DNA from: Nemertoderma westbladi
Lineage: Eukaryota; Animalia; Xenacoelomorpha
Assembly (NCBI GenBank): GCA_032718475.1
Contig: JAUCBJ010008482.1
Span: 19,175 to 83,174 of the forward strand
DNA: 64,000 nt
Direction of reading: 5' to 3'
Of this stretch, positions 56,554-64,000 are shown in pieces. Position 1 is the first letter of the stretch, and every line of letters starts with the position of its first letter. The notes under the pieces were generated by a model, which was not told the DNA's origin, did not search any database, and saw only the letters and a list, made by a program, of their open reading frames with translations. The position numbers were made by a program, and so were the translations under genes.

Positions 56554-58776
56554 CTAAATAAACTTCTTTAATTTTAACTTCCGTTTGTTATGCTTGTTTA
56601 CGTTATATACGCGGAATTTAGAGTTATAAAACTCCAAGACGAAGGGATGGGGGGAGGTTCTTAGGACCTTACAGAGTGGTTGTTTGTGTTGCAGATGGGG
56701 GTCCTCGATATCGAACATGTTAGGAACGGCGCAGCCATCGCGAGGACTCTCGAAACACCAGGCGTTCTCGACAACAACCAGATCCACGCCCATCCCAGCG
56801 AGAGATTCCCGCACGGTGGCCGCCGAACGACGACTCCCGATCGCGTAGACACGCCGAACTCGCTCCCGCAGTCCCGAGTCCTCGTAGTGCGGGTGGACGA
56901 CAACGGGACGACGCGTCGAGAGGAGGACGTTGGCCATCGTCGACATGCGGCCCGCGAACGCCGCGTCTGCCGGGGTCCGAGACTCGATCCAATCAAACAA
57001 CTCCTCCATGTCGGGGTCCGCAAACTCCCAGCGGTGCGACCACTGCTTGCGAAGGTTCGGCACGCCTTGGATAGCCATAGCGGAGACAATAGCGACCGCT
57101 AGACACACGCGAGGTGAAGGCAGGGAAACCCAAGAGAGTAGACGGGAGAGAGAGAAGACTCTTGGGCTGAGGGAAAGTCCTGCGAATAGACACAAAGAAG
57201 GGGTTAGGAGGTACTGCAATCGCGATACCAGAACCGCGAGAAATATAAGGAAGTTAAGTTGGAGTGCGTGGTATACGATGTCTGAGTGAGGATGCGGTTG
57301 TTTGGGGAACCGACAGCCCGCAAGGGGGTCTAACTGCACTTCAATGATTTCCTCAATTTGTTTAGCAGGGTGAGACTTCACTTCCTGTTTACTTTTCTGT
57401 AGGTCGGCTTCTACTGATTCATTTCTTATTAATCTCCAGCTAATTTTTAATGAAACAGCCAATAAAACGGCTGCCGATACCGGTAGCAAGCCGGTTTCAA
57501 GGGTCGGTTTAATACCGTCGTTGTAACTAAGAAAGTCGAAGGCCTTGGAGCACGTGTAAAGCGTCGTGTGGAAGTCCCTGTAGTTGCCGAACTTGGCGCG
57601 AAATATATTCGTTATGTGAGCATCGTCTTCGGATTGAACTATCCAAGAAACTATGAGTTTAGAGCCAATGAGGATGACAATTCCGCCAACGAATTGAACC
57701 AAGAAAACTATCACGGGATGATAGAAACCCGCTAACTTTCTAGAAAGAATCACTATAAGCCAAACTGCTATTACAGCGGAAAACAGAAGAGATGTTAAAA
57801 GCATTTGGTTACCGAACAGAAGGAAATACGAAATAATAAAACCTCCGGTTAGACTCTTTAAATAAACTATCATATTTCGCTCAGGAATGTAATGCAAAGT
57901 GAAAGTGCCAGTTATCGAAATCAGCTGAGTGAGAAGCACAAACTGGGAAAATTGCCAACTTAACATAAAACAAGTTACAAGGCCACCTATTGTAAATCCG
58001 TAGAGTTTAGTGTTGGGGCTACGGGAAAGAAGTAACTGAGTTACAGCTAGACACTCTGTGACGAATAAAGGGTAACCGAAGGCCTCCCTTAGTGACACGT
58101 TCCACGAAACCCGTGTTGCTACGCGATGGTTGAAGAAGAAAGCTGCTACGGTAACCAACCCGCCTACAGTTGAACCACTCAATCTCTCAGATAAAATAAA
58201 CAGGACGCCGACGGCGCAACCATTGAGTGCAATAACGCTGTAGACGTAGAAGTACATGGGGTCTCCTAGACCGCTGCATGACTCAACGGCTGGGAGGTCA
58301 CGGCCTCGGTTTACCCAATAGCAGTGGCGGATAGGCCATTGGTAACGGTGCGATACAGCCACGAGGATGCGGAAAGCCGCTGCCAGCCCTAACTCCGGGT
58401 AGACATTGAATCGCTTCAGCGTGTTTATTGTAGAAGGGTATTCAGTGACGTTGTCATTCATGGCGCTGCGGAGACCTTCTAGGAAGGTCGGTGTCTCCAT
58501 GGCTACGCGTTTGAAGTACGAGTAATAGTGACCCTTCTCACTGCGAAAAGTAATCTCTCGTTCTATGTTGGAAAGATGTGAGAAATGAGTGGCATGTTCG
58601 AATAGGTGGTTTAAGTGAAGACAGTGCAGGAGGCTGACACAGGATGCTACGGAAATAATAAGCGCGCGACGTTGGGATTTATTACTAACGTTAATGCAGT
58701 TCCATAGATCGAGATGCCAAGATACGGTATTATTACGAGATTTATTTGTAATTGTACTCTTGCTCTTTGACACCAT
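56554..58776 (-). CDS. dpy19: DPY19-family tryptophan C-mannosyltransferase, intronless, 740 aa
   Basis: FSHLSNIEREITFRSEKGHYYSYFK, EYPSTINTLKRFNVYPE, FFFNHRVATRV, LREAFGYP, WQFSQF, YRDFHTTLYTC, FAGRMSTMANVLLSTRRPVVVHPHYED. Many hydrophobic helices. Confidence 0.93.
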   Translation of the reverse strand: MVSKSKSTITNKSRNNTVSWHLDLWNCINVSNKSQRRALIISVASCVSLLHCLHLNHLFEHATHFSHLSNIEREITFRSEKGHYYSYFKRVAMETPTFLEGLRSAMNDNVTEYPSTINTLKRFNVYPELGLAAAFRILVAVSHRYQWPIRHCYWVNRGRDLPAVESCSGLGDPMYFYVYSVIALNGCAVGVLFILSERLSGSTVGGLVTVAAFFFNHRVATRVSWNVSLREAFGYPLFVTECLAVTQLLLSRSPNTKLYGFTIGGLVTCFMLSWQFSQFVLLTQLISITGTFTLHYIPERNMIVYLKSLTGGFIISYFLLFGNQMLLTSLLFSAVIAVWLIVILSRKLAGFYHPVIVFLVQFVGGIVILIGSKLIVSWIVQSEDDAHITNIFRAKFGNYRDFHTTLYTCSKAFDFLSYNDGIKPTLETGLLPVSAAVLLAVSLKISWRLIRNESVEADLQKSKQEVKSHPAKQIEEIIEVQLDPLAGCRFPKQPHPHSDIVYHALQLNFLIFLAVLVSRLQYLLTPSLCLFAGLSLSPRVFSLSRLLSWVSLPSPRVCLAVAIVSAMAIQGVPNLRKQWSHRWEFADPDMEELFDWIESRTPADAAFAGRMSTMANVLLSTRRPVVVHPHYEDSGLRERVRRVYAIGSRRSAATVRESLAGMGVDLVVVENAWCFESPRDGCAVPNMFDIEDPHLQHKQPLCKVLRTSPHPFVLEFYNSKFRVYNVNKHNKRKLKLKKFI

Positions 58777-61340
58777 CGTGCGTCCGTGCGTGCAATCGCA
58801 GCTACTCGGTTATGTCACTGAATAGGATGCTGCTATGTAATGTCATGAATGTAGGCCTACTACATGTACTACTGTACTCAGTACTACCGGTACTGTCTAA
58901 CAGTCTAACTGCTGAACTGTCGTAGTGTCGTACTGTTTACAAACACCGTACCGATACTGCAGTAGTGTTTAATGTTTAATGTTTAATAATGAGGTGAAGG
59001 AAGCAGAATCTTATTGCACCTGTGCAGACATAATATAAAACTACTGTCAAAATATTTAAACTGAAACAAACTAAGTACCGGTACCGGTACGGTACCTTTC
59101 CTACGTCTACATAGCACTAATTAATGTTGATAAGAGTGTACGTAAAGCGAAAGTATGTAGCATAAAATCATACTTAAAAAAAAACATGTGAAAAGTAATG
59201 TAAATTATGGCTGTGGAGCATAGGGCTTAAAAATATCTTAAATTACACAAAGTCGAACGTGAAATAAAATTATGGTTTAAACAAATAGGACGAACAAATT
59301 TATATTTTTAAAAACTTGATTTAATTATAGGTTGCATTTTTAAAACTTATATTTAATTATTTGGTTAAAATTAAAAGAAAGTTAAAAATTAAATTAAGAA
59401 AGAACAGTAAAGCCGCGAGTAAAAACTGTTTAATATACTAGTACAGTAGTACCTGAGTACAAATGGCCTATTCCTGTACTCAGTTATAAACATAAGTACT
59501 GCACCGGTAACTCCTTTTATACACATTGCATCATTGTCAGATTGTAGCCTACCGGGTCCGCGGCTGACCGTGACCGGTACACCCTGTCAGCATGTCTGTA
59601 CTTGTACAGTATGACCGGGGTCAAAATTCCGTACCGAACTAGTACCGGTGTAAACAATTTACTTTCATTTTCTTAATGTGTTAGCAGAATGCTGAAAAAT
59701 TAGTTATATGGGAAAAGATTTAAAATTTAAAATGTATTAATTTCCGAAATTGCGTTTAAAACATATAGTTGATAATGAAATTGACAAAACACAAAGTCAC
59801 AATCTTTTTTGTAGTTCAAATCTTATTATTACTATTTTATGCAATATATTTCTTCTCAATTAGTAAATGGTATAAAAATATAAGGCACAACAAGTTAGCG
59901 GCAAATTCAAATTTCTTATTCAGAATAATAATAATATTATACAGGGGGAGTTAGTTTAGTTTAGTTTGATGCACCCGTCCGACCTGTCGTTTCCCAATAC
60001 GAAGTCTAGAACTGGTTTGCAAGCCTCTCGCCACGCTGACCAGCCCCGTCTCCAAACCCAACCCACGGATGATGTTTCTGTAATTATTTACTATTAAAAT
60101 TAAAGTTTATTTATGTAATAAATTAATCGGAATAAATCGAATAAATTGGAAAATTCCTTACATTTCCTGACTCACCATATCAATCATCCATCCTGTCATT
60201 CATGCAATGAAAATTGTTAGTGAAGTAATCCCAAACCAATAAGCGACATAATTAAGAGAGTAACAACTGAGGATGAGATATTGGCAACAGCGTGAGTGAT
60301 GGTACATATGACATGGTTACAAAGCCATTGAGAAAGGTGTAAACGCATACCGAGGCCCAAATCGAGTGTTAAACATTATGTATTGGCAGACCGAACAATG
60401 ATGCAATAAAGTACTGTAGGAATATAATACAGTAGGAACAATGCATCTGGTTATTTGCTACGGTATATAGGGGACTATTATTACATAGAGGGAAATATCA
60501 GGGGTCACTCACGGCTGAGGAAGGGTAGCTAACAATTTGTGTATAACAGGTGAAGGTGATATCTACAGTAGATTATTAGAAATTAGTCAGATTGTTGGTA
60601 GTGATTATTGTAAATATTGCGGTGTATATAATTGTAAGCGGATTCAATTCCGTGCATTACCCACCAAAAATGGGAATAGTGGCATTTTACCAATATAGTT
60701 GGCGATGTGAGATTACCAATAATAATCTCACCTCATAACCAACTGGGGCGACACACGCCGTAAGCCACAGAGAGAGGTGAGAGGTCAAACCACCTCAGAG
60801 GGACAAACAAGCTAGTAAGGCTAGCACCAAGGGACAGCGCCAACAGGGAGTGGTGAGGTGAGAATTAATCAGGTTAAGCCAATAGTGGGCAGGAAAGTAC
60901 ATTGGGGAGGACAAGAGCGCATCTATTGGATATTAAGGCCACCCTGTAGTGTAGGGCTAAATGTAATATGTGTCAATGATATAACCGTTGTGATTACTGA
61001 TTATTAGTTTAGTTGATTTCCTTACAGTTGTGAGACCGGAATAGTTTTGACCGTCAGTTACTGTTGTATTGCATATTATTATATTCAGACTGTGCTATTA
61101 TCAATTGCTGTGATTATTAACACTGACAACCTAACTCTGTGTTTTTCAACGGCCTTCGGCCTAACATACGTCCAGCACCTGCCCAGCAGCCTACAAACGC
61201 GACGGCGCGTACAATCTACACCGGTCGGAATCCACCACTGTCAACTCCAGTGGATTCCGTCACAGTCAAAACTATCACTCATAAGTAGTCAAAACTACCG
61301 AACAAATAAACTGTGACCACAACAGAACAGGAGGCCAAGG

Positions 61341-64000
61341 ATGAGCGAACATACACCCCAAGTCTCAGAGAGGGGAGAAACACCGCCGCGGACCCCGAGC
61401 GATAGAGACCAAATGATTCGATTCCGGCCTGCCACACCAGACTCGCCAGCGAGGGACGATCCGGACATCCAAGAGGAGGGCGGCCGAGTACAAGGAGAGA
61501 GAGAGGACGAGTCGACGCGAGATCCTAGCATAGCAGCGGACGAGGTACCAAAGTCGCCGGCCAACCACTGCAGCGAATGGCCCATCGGAACGGCGATGGT
61601 GGGGCTGACGGTACGGCGGCGGACAAGGAGGGAAGGCAAAGTCCACGAGGAAGACGTCGGGACAAGTGATTGCCTGCGACGGGGATACAACGCCGCGAAG
61701 AGGTTGTTGAAGGACGCTAGGGAGTGGAGAAAGGTAGACCAGCCCAAGTTATACCAAAGCCTAGGTGAGTGCAACAAACACTTTCGCTATCTAGTCCGAT
61801 TTGGACAGGGGGAACTGGCAAGTGAGAGGGCGAGGGGGGTCGCCACAGAACTGTTTGAATTGTGGCATTCCGAGGTGGTGGAGGCCAGAGTTGTGTACGT
61901 AGGGCCTTATCTGGTAGATGCGAGGGGGATTAAATTAGTGGGATGGGCGGATCCGCATGACAGCGAATCCGAGGTTAACCCCAAAGATTTGATGACGTCG
62001 GTTAGTAGGAATCCCAGTAAATGCGGGAAAATTTGTAGGACGGACAGGCAACGGGAGTCCCTCGCAACCGAAAAGTCCGCTACATCCTCCGTGAAAGCAA
62101 GAAGGGTGTTAGAGATAGATCTGGCGTGTCAATTAGATATTGTTGCGCTTGATCAAAAGGAACTAGAGAGGCAAGTGGATGAGGGGACCGCATTACTAGA
62201 GAGGGAGAGGGAGTTAGCGAGAGAGTGTAAAGAGAGGGCCGAGAGGGTGGCGAGAGATCATAGAGAGGGAGGCAATGGAAGCTGAGAGGATTGCGAGAGA
62301 GGCAGAGTTGACGACCAGAGTATTAGAGAGGATAGAGAGAGAGAGAGAGAGGGCGGGCAAACGTTTGCGAGATAATATTCATACCCGGTTGAGGGGGTTA
62401 ATGCAATACCAGGTGAAACAGAAGCACCAATTAGAACTGGCAGAGCGAGGCTGGTTTGGGTAGTATTTATGAGGAACCAGAGGTGATAGAAACCTTTGTT
62501 AATACCCCACTTACAGGTACCGGACAACAGAGCCAAGACTGGTGTGACCGGACGGGCGGGGGGGAGGGGAATAATAATAGGTTTAATGAAGTTAATATTA
62601 ATAGTACCGTAATATATAACCCTAACACTAATGAAACTTTCATTGCAGGAAATAATATTTTACCCGGTAATAATTCTAATATTGGTGCACAAAATAATAT
62701 AATAATATAAATAATATAAATAATAATATAAATAACGGTGAACAAAATAATCTAAATAATACAAATAATGTTGATCAAAATAATTTAAATAATCTAAACA
62801 ATAATTCAGATAACAATATAATTAAAATAAACCCCGGCAGAATTAATCAAAATAATATAATTAATAACGTAGCAAACAAACAGGGCAAGACTATTAGCGG
62901 TGCAGTTAATATAAACGTAGGGGAAACAAGCAATTTGCCCAATGAGAGCCTGCAAGACCACACAGTTGCGCAGGGAAGGGTAGAACTAACGCGTCGATTG
63001 GAAGGGAACATGGGGGCGAAACAAGAAGTTACGGGTGGGGGGGGGGGGGGGGGGGTGGCTATGGGCACCCCACCACAACCAATTAATGATGAGAGGGGGG
63101 GGGGGGCAGAGAATGTCCCATGAGTGTCGGCGGGCAATGCACGCAGTGAGTTAAGTGAACCATGGCACCCGATGACAGAGGATAGTAGGGGGACTGCGAA
63201 TATCCCCAGGGCAGGTCCAACCAGGCAGAGGGAGGAATGTTGGTGCTGTGAGCGGCCGAACGAGGAAATGTCAGGCCCACTCGGAAGACAGAAGAAGAAC
63301 AGTGGAGTTCATCCGGGAGGTCGAAATGAGATCTCATGGGGGAGGACACTATGCTGGAGTCAAAAGAAGCGAGGAGGGACGAGGAAGTGTTGGTACGAGC
63401 AACCAGAGGGGAAGGACGGACAGTGAACCATCGATAGTCAAAGACGAGAAAGAGAGCCGGTGGGGTCGTACTCCGGGAGATTGCCGTCTCCCCGGAGAAA
63501 CACAACCTGGTGAAATATACCACACACTGGGAAAGGTGTACAGAGTGTACCGGTATGAGGATAATGACAGGAGAGGCGATCGGGGAGAAACTTCCCGTCG
63601 GAGCATAGCTGCCAATCGAGAATATGGAAGTCGTGGGGAGGACTTCTCAGAATACTCGAGAAGATTAAACTTTGATCTGGAAGGACACAGGCAGACTGCA
63701 GGACATACTGTAGGCCTCACTGCACATAGATAGTGTAGGCGATAGGGTAGCGCGAACGATGAGATTGGACCCGGAGGTCGCGAATTACATACCGGTCAGT
63801 AGGCAAGAAACCGATAGGCCTATACCGGTACCTGCACACCATTATGACTATAACATGCAGGGATACACGTTCGTGGGGCCTTCGCGCAGCACGAGGCCCA
63901 GTTATGAGATACAAATTAAAATTGTGCGACTGTATCACAAAATCAGGTTATGAGAGATTAACCCACACCACCAATTAATCAAAGAAAGGGGGAAAGTACG
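61341..64000 (+). pseudogene. Decayed gag-like N-terminal region, probably of a second LTR retrotransposon running off the window
   Basis: 314-aa ORF followed by frameshifted coiled-coil (EAERIAREAE) and Asn-rich segments. Purine-rich coding bias and a SATSSVKARR..EIDLA motif recall BEL gag N-termini. No diagnostic domain lies within the window. Confidence 0.4.

Noticed and set aside
59950-61340. Possible LTR and leader upstream of the gag-like ORF
   Set aside because: No paired LTR, TSD or recognisable PBS is visible within the window.

Overview
AT-rich eukaryotic (invertebrate animal-like) genomic DNA with spliceosomal introns, dominated by nested transposable elements. I found no rRNA, tRNA or CRISPR features. 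From left to right: a non-autonomous hAT (22-1364); a near-intact BEL/Pao LTR retrotransposon gag-pro/pol on the minus strand (2807-10865); Kolobok-like and Foldback/Mutator-like non-autonomous elements; an apparently full-length Crypton tyrosine-recombinase transposon with an intact ORF and a terminal hairpin (22731-25840); a C2H2 zinc-finger exon; and a CRE-like LINE relic split by an inversion. A collinear, intron-containing Helitron (about 29.5-51.1 kb) encloses RTE, LINE and Penelope insertions, an intronless TRIM gene with a 9-aa repeat insert, and a two-exon gene missed by the ORF track. That gene encodes a 103-aa secreted, Glu- and Cys-rich peptide with a Gla-protein-like propeptide, and a diverged paralogous exon lies nearby. 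The window ends with a 36-bp hairpin minisatellite, an intronless DPY19 C-mannosyltransferase gene and a decayed gag-like region. All family calls come from motif recognition by eye; no database searches were run.
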